Assembly (NCBI GenBank): GCA_030668875.1
Contig: DAOVER010000004.1
Span: 60,001 to 92,000 of the forward strand
Reading direction: 5' to 3'
Length of the DNA stretch: 32,000 nucleotides
Origin: Candidatus Heimdallarchaeota archaeon
Lineage (GTDB): Archaea; Asgardarchaeota; Heimdallarchaeia; Heimdallarchaeales; Heimdallarchaeaceae
The notes under the pieces were generated by a model, which saw nothing but the letters and a program-made list of their open reading frames with translations, was not told the origin of the DNA and did not search any database. The position numbers were made by a program, and so were the translations under genes. This document shows positions 18,079 to 26,673 of this stretch, in pieces. Positions within the stretch are counted from its first letter, which is position 1, and each line of letters opens with the position of its first letter.

Positions 18079-18801
18079 TTGAAATCAATGAAAAAGGAAA
18101 TAATTGAACCTGAAGAACAAGAGGATTTATTCAGATATACACCTCTTCAACGTCTTCTTGGTCACCATTTACTAGATAAACAAAGTTTCACGAATATGCC
18201 CAAAGCATACATGATTGCAACACCAATAATTGTTGTAGCTCTTATTCTCGCATTGAACTTAGTTAATTTCGCTATTTTAGCCAGTAAAATGCAATTAGTT
18301 CCCGCAGATGAAAATGCAATAGCTCTCTTTAAAGAAAGCATCTATTTTGGTGTTCTGATTAGTGTCGTCCCTCAGATTCTATTATGGTCGGTAATCGTTC
18401 ATGGTTTGATGGTCTTCTTAGAAGGGAAAGGTAAATTCCTGAAATCTCTCTCCATTTACTCAACAGCTCAAATACCAGTTGTTCTAGGTTTAATCATACT
18501 TACAATAGTTGCTAGTACTCAAACCCGAACTGTCATTTATCCATATGGATTTCCTCTTATGGGATCCTACTTATTCCAACAAACTACAGTAACCTTCAGT
18601 TATGACATCTTTCAAATCTTCAACGTGTTCTCCAGCAATTACACTTTGGCAAGTAATATTATTGTACCTCTAACATACTTGTATGCAATGATAATTGCAG
18701 CTGTAGGTTTGAGTTCAGAGCACAAAGTTCCTTTAATGATTAGCCTTTTTGTAACTGGTCTAGCCTATGTTGCTACACTGATTTTCTACTTCCTTGTATG
18801 A
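18079..18801 (+). CDS. Yip1-domain multi-pass membrane protein
   Basis: About five TM helices; GLMVFLEGKGKFLKSLSIYSTAQIP matches the GGkGsF..tl...gya..P pattern of Yip1 domains. Confidence 0.65.
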   Translation: MKSMKKEIIEPEEQEDLFRYTPLQRLLGHHLLDKQSFTNMPKAYMIATPIIVVALILALNLVNFAILASKMQLVPADENAIALFKESIYFGVLISVVPQILLWSVIVHGLMVFLEGKGKFLKSLSIYSTAQIPVVLGLIILTIVASTQTRTVIYPYGFPLMGSYLFQQTTVTFSYDIFQIFNVFSSNYTLASNIIVPLTYLYAMIIAAVGLSSEHKVPLMISLFVTGLAYVATLIFYFLV

Positions 18802-18832
18802 TTTGTTTATTCTTTTCTTTCTTTTCATTTCT
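18802..18832 (+). terminator. Oligo-T tract, candidate terminator
   Basis: TTTGTTTATTCTTTTCTTTCTTTTCATTTCT immediately after the stop codon. Confidence 0.4.
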
Positions 18833-18842
18833 ATTAATAATC

Positions 18843-18848
18843 TTTAAA
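18843..18848 (+). promoter_or_regulatory. Candidate TATA box (TTTAAA) for a leaderless transcript of the oxidoreductase operon
   Basis: Ends about 25 nt upstream of ATG 18873, the canonical archaeal TATA-to-TSS distance; no RBS in front of the ATG. Confidence 0.35.
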
Positions 18849-18872
18849 GCATCATTATGAAATTATAGTACA

Positions 18873-19874
18873 ATGAAGAAAAAACTTGAAGTAGCCTTAG
18901 TTGGTTGTGGTGCTGTTGCAGAATATTACCACTTGCCTGTTTTGCAAAGAATGCCAGAATATAATGTAAAATATCTTGTGGATTTAAGCAAAGATAGGGC
19001 AGAAACAATCAAGAAACGTTTTCGGATGAGTTCTAAAACTGAAACGAATTTTGAGAAAATTTTAAACGATGACCAACTAGATGCCGTAATGATTCTTACT
19101 CCACCCACACTTCATAAAGATCAAATATTCTTAGCAGCAGAGGCAAAAAAAGCAATATTCTGCGAGAAACCATTATCAATGAATGTCAATGAGGCTGTAG
19201 AGATTGTTGGTATATGCAAGAAAAATGATGTTCCTATTCTCCCAGGTTATCAAATGCGTTTTGATGGAAAGTATTCAAAGATTAAAGAACTCATAGATAA
19301 GAAAATGTTTGGAGAACTCATAGGAGGACAAGGATTGCACTTTGCTAATGCATTTGAATGGCCAAGTGTTTCTAAGTTTCAAATAGATGATAAGAAAGGT
19401 GGGGGGGCACTATTTGAGATGATGCATTTTGTAGATTTATCAACCTGGTATTTTGGTAAAGCAATATCTATGACTGCGACAATATCTAAAAAGAAGAAGA
19501 AATCACCTATAGATGACACTGCAAACTTGCACATAACCTTTGAAAATGATGTTTCGGTTTCATTAAGTATAGGTTGGAACACCATAACTGTAAATTCTTT
19601 TACTGTTTATGGAACAGAGGGATATTTACGAGCATTATCGGATTCAAAGAAAATGCAGTATCATGCTAAAAATTTCCTTGCTCAACAACCTATTCTAATT
19701 AAGCCTAATCATACCATCTCGCCTTTTCAAGATGAGTTGCTACATTTCTATAGAATTATTACCGAGAACAAAACCCCAATGATAACACAACAAGAAATTA
19801 TTCAAAATGCGAAAATTGTTGAAATAGCTTACAGTGAATCAAGCAAAAACAAGACCATGATGTTGGAGGATTAA
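18873..19874 (+). CDS. Gfo/Idh/MocA family NAD(P)-dependent oxidoreductase
   Basis: VALVGCGAVA Rossmann motif, ILTPPTLH, FCEKPLS, GGGALFEMMHFVD. Confidence 0.9.
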   Translation: MKKKLEVALVGCGAVAEYYHLPVLQRMPEYNVKYLVDLSKDRAETIKKRFRMSSKTETNFEKILNDDQLDAVMILTPPTLHKDQIFLAAEAKKAIFCEKPLSMNVNEAVEIVGICKKNDVPILPGYQMRFDGKYSKIKELIDKKMFGELIGGQGLHFANAFEWPSVSKFQIDDKKGGGALFEMMHFVDLSTWYFGKAISMTATISKKKKKSPIDDTANLHITFENDVSVSLSIGWNTITVNSFTVYGTEGYLRALSDSKKMQYHAKNFLAQQPILIKPNHTISPFQDELLHFYRIITENKTPMITQQEIIQNAKIVEIAYSESSKNKTMMLED

Positions 19875-19875
19875 C

Positions 19876-20940
19876 ATGCTTCCCCGAGTTATTGTGTCTA
19901 AGATACTCAGCCCTAAAGATGTTAATAAGAGGGTTAGTCAATCTCTTGATGCCTTGTCAACTGCTTTTGTTGATGACGATTTAGTGGCTATCAAACCCAA
20001 TTTATGTGACTTTAGACCTTATGAACAAGGCGGAACTACTGATCCAAACATAATCGAAGCAATTATTGTTTATATTCGAAAGCAATCATCCTGTCAAATC
20101 GCTATTGTTGAAAGCGATCATGCTCTTGCTACAGCTGATGAAGAATTCCAAAGAATGAACTATAGTTACCTTGAAGACAAATATGAAAATGTGAGTTTGG
20201 TTAACTTAACAACTGATGCTCAAAAGCAGATAGCTGTTGATGGATATTATTTTCAAGAATTAACAGTAGCAGAGACTTTACTCAAAATGACCAAGTTCAT
20301 CAATGTTGCGAAACTAAAAACACATACACTGACAAGAATAACATGTATTTTGAAAAACCAATTTGGTTTGATATCTAGAAGATACAAGAAGCGATATCAC
20401 CCAGTTCTTAGCGAGGTTTTACTCGATTTAATTGGTTTATTCCCTCCAGATATTTCAGTTGTAGATGGAATATATTCGATGGAAGGTGCTGGTCCTTCTG
20501 ATGGAGATTTAAGAAAAACAAACATTCTACTTTTTGGCGATAATCCAATTGTAACTGATGTTGTAGCAGCAAAAATCATGGGAATTAAACCAAGTAGAGT
20601 TCCAGTCTTGAGACTAGCTAAGAGGAAGAGAATTAGTGATTTAAACCACGAGAAAATTGAAAGCTTACCCAACTTCCGCTTCAAGCAGGCTCCTTGGTAT
20701 TCTTTTGCAGCTAGGCGTTTTGGTTTAAAATATCAGAAGAGAGCAGCCAAACGATATAAGAAGAAAATAGAACATGCGAAATTCATCTCTGATGTGGCAG
20801 CAGGATTTATTGTTATTCAACAAGGTAAATATCCTACCTTACAATCAGGATTAATTGATCGAAAAATATTCTGGAGAGTTGTAAAGAGCATGATTAGAAG
20901 ACCATTTGTGTTGCTCAATCATAGGTTAAAAGGCATCTGA
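19876..20940 (+). CDS. DUF362 family protein
   Basis: VAIKPNL, GGTTDP, FINVAKLKTH, TCILKNQFG, VVDGIYSMEGAGP..G, DNPIVTDVVAA. Confidence 0.85.
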   Translation: MLPRVIVSKILSPKDVNKRVSQSLDALSTAFVDDDLVAIKPNLCDFRPYEQGGTTDPNIIEAIIVYIRKQSSCQIAIVESDHALATADEEFQRMNYSYLEDKYENVSLVNLTTDAQKQIAVDGYYFQELTVAETLLKMTKFINVAKLKTHTLTRITCILKNQFGLISRRYKKRYHPVLSEVLLDLIGLFPPDISVVDGIYSMEGAGPSDGDLRKTNILLFGDNPIVTDVVAAKIMGIKPSRVPVLRLAKRKRISDLNHEKIESLPNFRFKQAPWYSFAARRFGLKYQKRAAKRYKKKIEHAKFISDVAAGFIVIQQGKYPTLQSGLIDRKIFWRVVKSMIRRPFVLLNHRLKGI

Positions 20941-20994
20941 ATCTTACACAATAGTCAAGTAAACTTTTTTATGTCCTTGTAGTTTATTGGATTC

Positions 20995-21564
20995 ATGAGT
21001 GATGATAAGAACTATTTTGTCCATCCAACAGCATTTGTTGAAGATAATGTGACAATTGGTGAAGGAACAAAGATCTGGCACTTTGGACAAGTTCGAACTG
21101 GAGCTAAACTCGGAAAGAATTGCATTTTAGGTAAATCTTCCTTTATTGATACCAATGTCTCAATTGGTAATAATGTAAAAATACAGAATTTCGTTTCAGT
21201 TTATCACGGAGTAATTATACAAGACGATGTATTTGTGGGTCCTCATGTTTGCTTTACTAATGATTATTTGCCTAGAGCTAATTATCCAGATTGGGAATTA
21301 GTTGAAACTTTAGTGAAGAAAGGAGCATCACTCGGTGCTAATTCTACAATCGTTTGTGGAATTACAATAGGAGAATATTCAATGATTGGTGCAGGCAGCG
21401 TAGTAACAAAAAGTACCAATCCATTCACCCTAGTTTTTGGAAATCCAGCAAAATTGAGAGGGTATGTTTGTTATTGTGGAAATATTATCCAAAAAACAAA
21501 TCAGCCTTTACCAGTTGGTAGCACTTTACAGTGTGAAAAATGTAATAAGAAAATAGAAGTCTAA
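20995..21564 (+). CDS. Left-handed beta-helix N-acetyltransferase, WbpD/WlbB-like (UDP-3-amino-GlcNAcA acetyltransferase type)
   Basis: FVHPTA, IGEGTKIWHF, VKIQNFVSVYHGV, VFVGPHVCFTND..PRA, GASLGANSTIVCG, GNPA, C-terminal CYCG...CEKC. Confidence 0.85.
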   Translation: MSDDKNYFVHPTAFVEDNVTIGEGTKIWHFGQVRTGAKLGKNCILGKSSFIDTNVSIGNNVKIQNFVSVYHGVIIQDDVFVGPHVCFTNDYLPRANYPDWELVETLVKKGASLGANSTIVCGITIGEYSMIGAGSVVTKSTNPFTLVFGNPAKLRGYVCYCGNIIQKTNQPLPVGSTLQCEKCNKKIEV

Positions 21565-21711
21565 ACTTATTTTAAACAAAAACGTCTAGTTAAAAATACA
21601 TAACCTTCATCCATATTATCTTACTCTAAATATCCGGCATAAACCTTAAATAAGGTATGTGGTTGAGGGTACTTCACTAAGTCATCTAGTATGATGCTGC
21701 TGTGTTACAAA

Positions 21712-21719
21712 TATATAAA
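21712..21719 (+). promoter_or_regulatory. Candidate TATA box (TATATAAA) upstream of the RHH gene
   Basis: Consensus-like TATA about 63 nt upstream of ATG 21783; GGGGT RBS-like sequence before the start. Confidence 0.35.
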
Positions 21720-21782
21720 TTAGATAAAGCTCATATTAGAAAATGATTCAGATTTGAGGATTTTAAAACTAGGGGTAATCAT

Positions 21783-21992
21783 ATGAATTTAATATCAATC
21801 AGACTTCCGAGCGAGTTCGTAGAAATACTTGATGAAATGGTTCTGCAGGGGAGATATGCATCAAGATCAGAGGCAATTAGACTAGCGTTACGTGATTTTT
21901 ACAGAGAGCATTATGCAGTGAAACAATCAACTGATTTTCGTTTTCCAAATATGGAATATTCTTACAATAATGTTATTTTTGAAGATGACTAA
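21783..21992 (+). CDS. Ribbon-helix-helix (CopG/Arc/MetJ) transcriptional regulator
   Basis: ISIRLP (ribbon), EFVEILDEMV (helix A), G...SRSEAIRLALRDFY (helix B). Confidence 0.9.
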   Translation: MNLISIRLPSEFVEILDEMVLQGRYASRSEAIRLALRDFYREHYAVKQSTDFRFPNMEYSYNNVIFEDD

Positions 21993-22027
21993 TCTATCTC
22001 CTCTCTTTTCTTTCTTTTGCACTTTTT
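21993..22027 (+). terminator. Pyrimidine/oligo-T tract, candidate terminator
   Basis: TCTATCTCCTCTCTTTTCTTTCTTTTGCACTTTTT directly after the stop. Confidence 0.4.
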
Positions 22028-22173
22028 GAACAATCGTTAGATTTAACAGATTATTTGAGGTATAAACAATTACCAAATCTCTGTTACTTAGCTCAATTAT
22101 ATTTGCATAACTATAAAATAGAGATAAGAAATCTCATAGTATAACTACATTAGAGTTTAACAAAGGTGTAAAC

Positions 22174-23370
22174 TTGGAGAAAAAGAGCAAGACTTCTGGA
22201 AACCACGAAAAGTTCGATCAAGATTTAAATCTTGAAGAACGAGTTGAAAGAGATTATCCAAGGAAACCTAAATCATTTTATTCTTCAATTGAACCAATCA
22301 TTAAAAATCGCATTCTTAGGTATACAGTGTCATTTATCCTTGTTGCAATTGTTGTTTATTTCTACATTGTCTTTGAAGGTAATCGAGAAGATGATGTTGT
22401 AAAAGTATTTTTCTTTGATATGTCCTCATATTTGCTAGTTCCAATAGCTTTAGTTTTAGCGTTTATTGCTATTTTTTACATAACTTGGGATGATAAGATT
22501 TTCAGAAGATTTCGCTCTCCCGGACTATATATGATTTTATTAACAGGAATATTTTACATTCTGATTTTTTCAGGAATTGATGAGTACCTATTTCAGAACA
22601 CTCTAGCTAAATGGTTAACACAGGGGACTGCTGTAATAGTTGTAGCACTTGTAAGATTATTTGGTATGAATATTGTTGACACAACTTGGAGTGCCGATGA
22701 TGTCATAACCATCATACAATTTGATGGTCCAAGTGGACCTTTATCTCCACAATTTCAGCTTTTTTATGACTATTTTGAAAACATACCCATCATACAATTT
22801 GTGGGTCGACTTTCATCTATTGGTATTGATGCAAGGTGCAGTGGAATACATTCACTCACAATCTTTGTTACAATATTTTTACTTATGTTATTTGAAGCTA
22901 GAAAGCGATTAAGATGGAGTAAATACAGAACTTTTTCTGACTTGAGGGCTTTACTGAATAAGAACGGAATAAGGGGTGTTTTTGATAAACAAGGCTCAAA
23001 AACCCTCCTGATTCTTAGCGGTACCTTTACACTTAATTTCTTGCGTGTGATTGGTATACTTCTTGTTGGGATGATTGGTACATATTTAGTAAATATTTTG
23101 CGCGTGACAATTATTTTTATTATTAATTATTTTGAAGGATGGGGTGTAGCTGAACCTATCCATAACTATCTTGGATATGTGTTTTTGATGATTTGGGTTC
23201 CAATTTTTTGGTTATTTATCCTTCCTCTTTTCGAAAAGAAGAAAGAACCAAAAATTTCTGTTGACTCCAAAAGTGAACCTTCAATTTCCAACTCTGATTT
23301 AACAGATAATTCTACCACTGATTCCAATGACTCGCTTGAAATCGTTGAATCAAATAAAAATAAAGAATAA
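22174..23370 (+). CDS. Archaeosortase/exosortase-family membrane protease/transpeptidase
   Basis: Multi-TM; putative Cys-Arg-His triad in IDARCSGIHSL, LVNILRV and IHNYLGY. Confidence 0.85.
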   Translation: MEKKSKTSGNHEKFDQDLNLEERVERDYPRKPKSFYSSIEPIIKNRILRYTVSFILVAIVVYFYIVFEGNREDDVVKVFFFDMSSYLLVPIALVLAFIAIFYITWDDKIFRRFRSPGLYMILLTGIFYILIFSGIDEYLFQNTLAKWLTQGTAVIVVALVRLFGMNIVDTTWSADDVITIIQFDGPSGPLSPQFQLFYDYFENIPIIQFVGRLSSIGIDARCSGIHSLTIFVTIFLLMLFEARKRLRWSKYRTFSDLRALLNKNGIRGVFDKQGSKTLLILSGTFTLNFLRVIGILLVGMIGTYLVNILRVTIIFIINYFEGWGVAEPIHNYLGYVFLMIWVPIFWLFILPLFEKKKEPKISVDSKSEPSISNSDLTDNSTTDSNDSLEIVESNKNKE

Positions 23371-23379
23371 CCAATTTCT

Positions 23380-24537
23380 TTAAACAACTTCCTCATAGAC
23401 TGATTGAGTTAATTTAGCTGTATTTTCCCATGTGTATGATTCAGCAACTCTTCTGGAAATTTCTTTTTTGCTTTCAAGTTTCTTTCTATTTTCATATAAT
23501 TCAATAATTTTTTCTGAAAAGTCTTTCACTGTTCTTGGAGTGACAATTATGCTGTTCTTATGATTAAAAGTTATAGCACCTTCTGAAGCAAGTATTGGAG
23601 TTTGACAAGATAGAGCCTCAAGGATTGTGAGACTCATTCCTTCATGGCTTGAAGGTAGCAAAAACAAATCTAATGAACTAAAGAATGAATTCTTCCTTTC
23701 AAGATCGGAAATGTAGCCTAGATTTAGCACATTATTTTGTAGTTGATATTTGTTCATCTGCTTTATCATCTCATGTTTGGTATTTAGGTCATCTCCTGCT
23801 AGAAGTAGTTTGATGCCGGGAATCTCCTTTTTTACCAAGTTCAAAATGGGTAATAACATTCTAGCACCTTTAGAGGCTGTCATTCGGGCTAGAAATCCAA
23901 GAACGAACTCTTCTTCCTTCTTCTCATAAACATGCTTTTCTACTCTCTTATGTATCTCCGAATTAACACCGTTTGGAACAATAGTTATCTTATCTTCTTT
24001 AATAGAATAATGGCGTACTAAATCCTCTCTTATTGTATCACTTACTGCTATGAGGTGCTTGGCTCTGTGAAGTAGTTTCTTCTCTATTCTCTTTAACCAA
24101 GGAAAGAAATATTGTACTCGTTTTTCAACCCAACTTAAAGAACGGTTGGGCTCGGCCTTAGTTCCTTCTTTTTCTCTATTGAATGTTGTATGGACTGTTT
24201 CGATAACAGGCAGAGTATTAGTGATGCCTAAAGACGAAAGTAGGTTCATATTTCCATGAACTAAAGCAGGGTTGATTTTGTTTACCTCATGTTTAGAATT
24301 CTTCCAAAATTGACGTGAATAGAAAAATTTGGAATTAGTGGTTTTTGTCAGAATCAGATTAGAAACACCTTCATAAACATCCGATTCAGATTTGTACCTA
24401 TTTGCTGCAATTATATAGGGTTTCCATTTACCCATCTGTTCTATGCTGTTTGCCAGGTTTACGCAATATATCCACGTTGCACCCCTTTTGTATTCTTGAG
24501 TGAGGTAACAAACTGTTTTTTCATCCATTTTTTTCAC
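23380..24537 (-). CDS. GT4 (GT-B) glycosyltransferase
   Basis: ETVHT, VPNGVN, GFLARM..SKG, PSSHEGMSLTILEA (E-x7-E). Confidence 0.9.
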   Translation of the reverse strand: MKKMDEKTVCYLTQEYKRGATWIYCVNLANSIEQMGKWKPYIIAANRYKSESDVYEGVSNLILTKTTNSKFFYSRQFWKNSKHEVNKINPALVHGNMNLLSSLGITNTLPVIETVHTTFNREKEGTKAEPNRSLSWVEKRVQYFFPWLKRIEKKLLHRAKHLIAVSDTIREDLVRHYSIKEDKITIVPNGVNSEIHKRVEKHVYEKKEEEFVLGFLARMTASKGARMLLPILNLVKKEIPGIKLLLAGDDLNTKHEMIKQMNKYQLQNNVLNLGYISDLERKNSFFSSLDLFLLPSSHEGMSLTILEALSCQTPILASEGAITFNHKNSIIVTPRTVKDFSEKIIELYENRKKLESKKEISRRVAESYTWENTAKLTQSVYEEVV

Positions 24538-25410
24538 CTAATCAAGTAAAGTTTCAATTCTAATTATTGGTAGTTTTGAGCACATTTGATGGAATTTGGA
24601 ATGTGTAGTGGCTTTGAAGTCGTATTTATTTACATAAGAAAGAACTTTATTTACCGTTTTTTCTAGTCTTAACGGTTCGTATATTGCATGAACATAGAAA
24701 CAAACATACTTTGTTCCATTTTCAATATGATTGTCGAATCTTTTTTTGTATTCTGAAACTATCTGATCTGTAGATTTACCCTTTGCTATATGCTCCTCAA
24801 TTGTAGGTTCAGTTACTGGGAACTGAGCAAGTTGCGATTTTTTCTCTTCTAACTGGAGTACAAAGGGTTCAGAATACTTGAAGTCTGCAGAAAATTTGAA
24901 TTTATTATCAAATAAAGTCTGAAAGTAGTGTTTGTTTACACTGAAATTAGGCGCTGCATTTGCTATTGGTTTCCTCTGAAAAATGCTCTTGTATTCATAA
25001 ATGAAGTTTGAAACTATATCTCTGGTTTTATCCTTTGAGAGGTTTGCGAAATTAGTTGACCAACGAACATGATTGTAGCCATGAGGATGGATTTCAGTAT
25101 TGGAATCTTTGTCTATGCTTTGAAGGTATTTCTTTTCGTTGTCCCCAATATTTTTTGCAGGAAGTATAATCCCTCTAAACAAACTTTTGAAGCTATTTCT
25201 TTTCCATGGAGGAATGCTACTTGTTATCCTTTCTTTTTTTTGTATTTTCCTGAAAAGGTTTCTGCCCGTTTCATACTTCCCAAGACTAAGATAGATTGAT
25301 ATGGGGATTTCATGCTTCTTGGAAATTTCGAGAACTTTTGGGATGCCCTTCTTTAATCCTTCAAAGGTATCGACATCTACTCTAAGGCAGAAATTTGTTT
25401 CAGAGTTCAT
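24538..25410 (-). CDS. ArnD-like deformylase / polysaccharide deacetylase (NodB/CE4 fold)
   Basis: LRVDVDTFEGLKKGIPKVLEI..KH..ISIYLSLG...GRNLFR parallels ArnD LRIDVDT..G...GVP.LLE...KH...SIFFSVG...GRHLWR; HPHGYNHVRW metal motif; YVHA. Confidence 0.8.
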   Translation of the reverse strand: MNSETNFCLRVDVDTFEGLKKGIPKVLEISKKHEIPISIYLSLGKYETGRNLFRKIQKKERITSSIPPWKRNSFKSLFRGIILPAKNIGDNEKKYLQSIDKDSNTEIHPHGYNHVRWSTNFANLSKDKTRDIVSNFIYEYKSIFQRKPIANAAPNFSVNKHYFQTLFDNKFKFSADFKYSEPFVLQLEEKKSQLAQFPVTEPTIEEHIAKGKSTDQIVSEYKKRFDNHIENGTKYVCFYVHAIYEPLRLEKTVNKVLSYVNKYDFKATTHSKFHQMCSKLPIIRIETLLD

Positions 25411-25449
25411 CGTTATATGCTCACAAATCTGTATGTTCTCTTTAAGTAA

Positions 25450-26673
25450 TTAATGTTCTAAAGCATTAAAATATATTTGTTCAATTTCCTTGGCTTTCTT
25501 TTTCCATGAGAAGTTAGCTGTTACTTCATCAAAACCTAATTGTGCAACTCTTTCTGATTTCTCTTTATCTTTCAGTAAACTAAGAATTCCATCAGCTAAT
25601 TGAGAGATGTCTTTCGATTTAACTAAAATACAATGTGCTCCCTTCTTTGTGATTTCTCTAATACCTGGAATATCAGAAGCTACTACAGGTTTTTTCATAG
25701 CCATTGCTTCTAGAACACTTATACTTGATGCTTCAACGATGCTTGGAACTACAATTATATCTGCTCTTGATAAAAATGAAGGAATACTATCGTTTGGAAC
25801 CATCCCTACAAAAATAACGCTCTTTTCTAATCCTAATCTCTGGACTTCACGGTATATATTGTTTCTTTCTGGTCCATCTCCAATGATGTATAATTTTGCT
25901 GTGGGGTATTCTTCAGTGATTTTCTTGAAACTTCTTGCTAAGAATATAACTCCATTTTTCACAACCAATCTCCTTGTTGTCATTATAATGGGGCCCGCTT
26001 CTTCTGATATCATAGGATTTGGTTTGGTTTTATAATTGAATTTTTGGATATCTACTCCATTTAGAACAGTTACTACTTTCTTTGCATTTTTTGGTTTGCA
26101 CCATTTTTTCACAGTCTCTGCAAAGTCAAAATCTGTATGTATCTGATAATCTGCTTTTCTTGCTAGCAATGGTGCTAACCGTCTCTCCATTCCCTTGTAA
26201 AACCATACAGCAAAAGGGTTTCTAGTTAGTTCATTCCAGTACTTATAGTAAGACCCATGGATGGTATTTATTGCCTTTGCTTTACTTTTTTTACTCAAAA
26301 AATATGCTGCAAGTCCTGAAGAATATATGTGTCCATGGAAAATGTCAGAGTTTTCTACTAAACTATGTATTTTCTTTCTAAGAAATTTCGTTTTTAGTAG
26401 AAAGAATAATTGTCTCGAGAATTTTAGTTGCTGAGGATCATATGCTTTACCGATAAGTGAGAGATAATCGATCCTCTTTATTTTCACACCATCAATCATT
26501 GTATCTTTTTTTGAATTGGGTATAGCTCCAGTCAAATATGTTACGTTGTGACCCATCTTAACCAGTTCTTTTGAAAGGTTGATGGCGTGTAATTCAACCC
26601 CCCCACCGATAACCCCCCCATCATTAGGTCCCAGTTCAAAGAGCATAGTAATGTTCAATGCCATCTTTCTCAC
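25450..26673 (-). CDS. GT4 (GT-B) glycosyltransferase
   Basis: GGGVELH...LVKMGHNV, FHGH, TIHG, LNGVD, RRLVVKNG, GDGP, VPSIVEASSISVLEA (E-x7-E), SDIPGIRE. Confidence 0.92.
   Translation of the reverse strand: MRKMALNITMLFELGPNDGGVIGGGVELHAINLSKELVKMGHNVTYLTGAIPNSKKDTMIDGVKIKRIDYLSLIGKAYDPQQLKFSRQLFFLLKTKFLRKKIHSLVENSDIFHGHIYSSGLAAYFLSKKSKAKAINTIHGSYYKYWNELTRNPFAVWFYKGMERRLAPLLARKADYQIHTDFDFAETVKKWCKPKNAKKVVTVLNGVDIQKFNYKTKPNPMISEEAGPIIMTTRRLVVKNGVIFLARSFKKITEEYPTAKLYIIGDGPERNNIYREVQRLGLEKSVIFVGMVPNDSIPSFLSRADIIVVPSIVEASSISVLEAMAMKKPVVASDIPGIREITKKGAHCILVKSKDISQLADGILSLLKDKEKSERVAQLGFDEVTANFSWKKKAKEIEQIYFNALEH

Noticed and set aside
21660-21775. Possible C/D-box sRNA or tRNA in the 218-nt intergenic region
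   Set aside because: Only a partial C-box-like ATGATG is present, with no properly placed CTGA box and no cloverleaf stems.
21783-22173. RHH protein as the antitoxin of a toxin-antitoxin pair
   Set aside because: No adjacent PIN/RelE/HEPN-like ORF; the gene is followed directly by a T-rich terminator.
24538-25410. Literal arnD / lipid A modification
   Set aside because: The context is archaeal, with no lipid A, arnA or arnB genes in the window; only family-level similarity is claimed.
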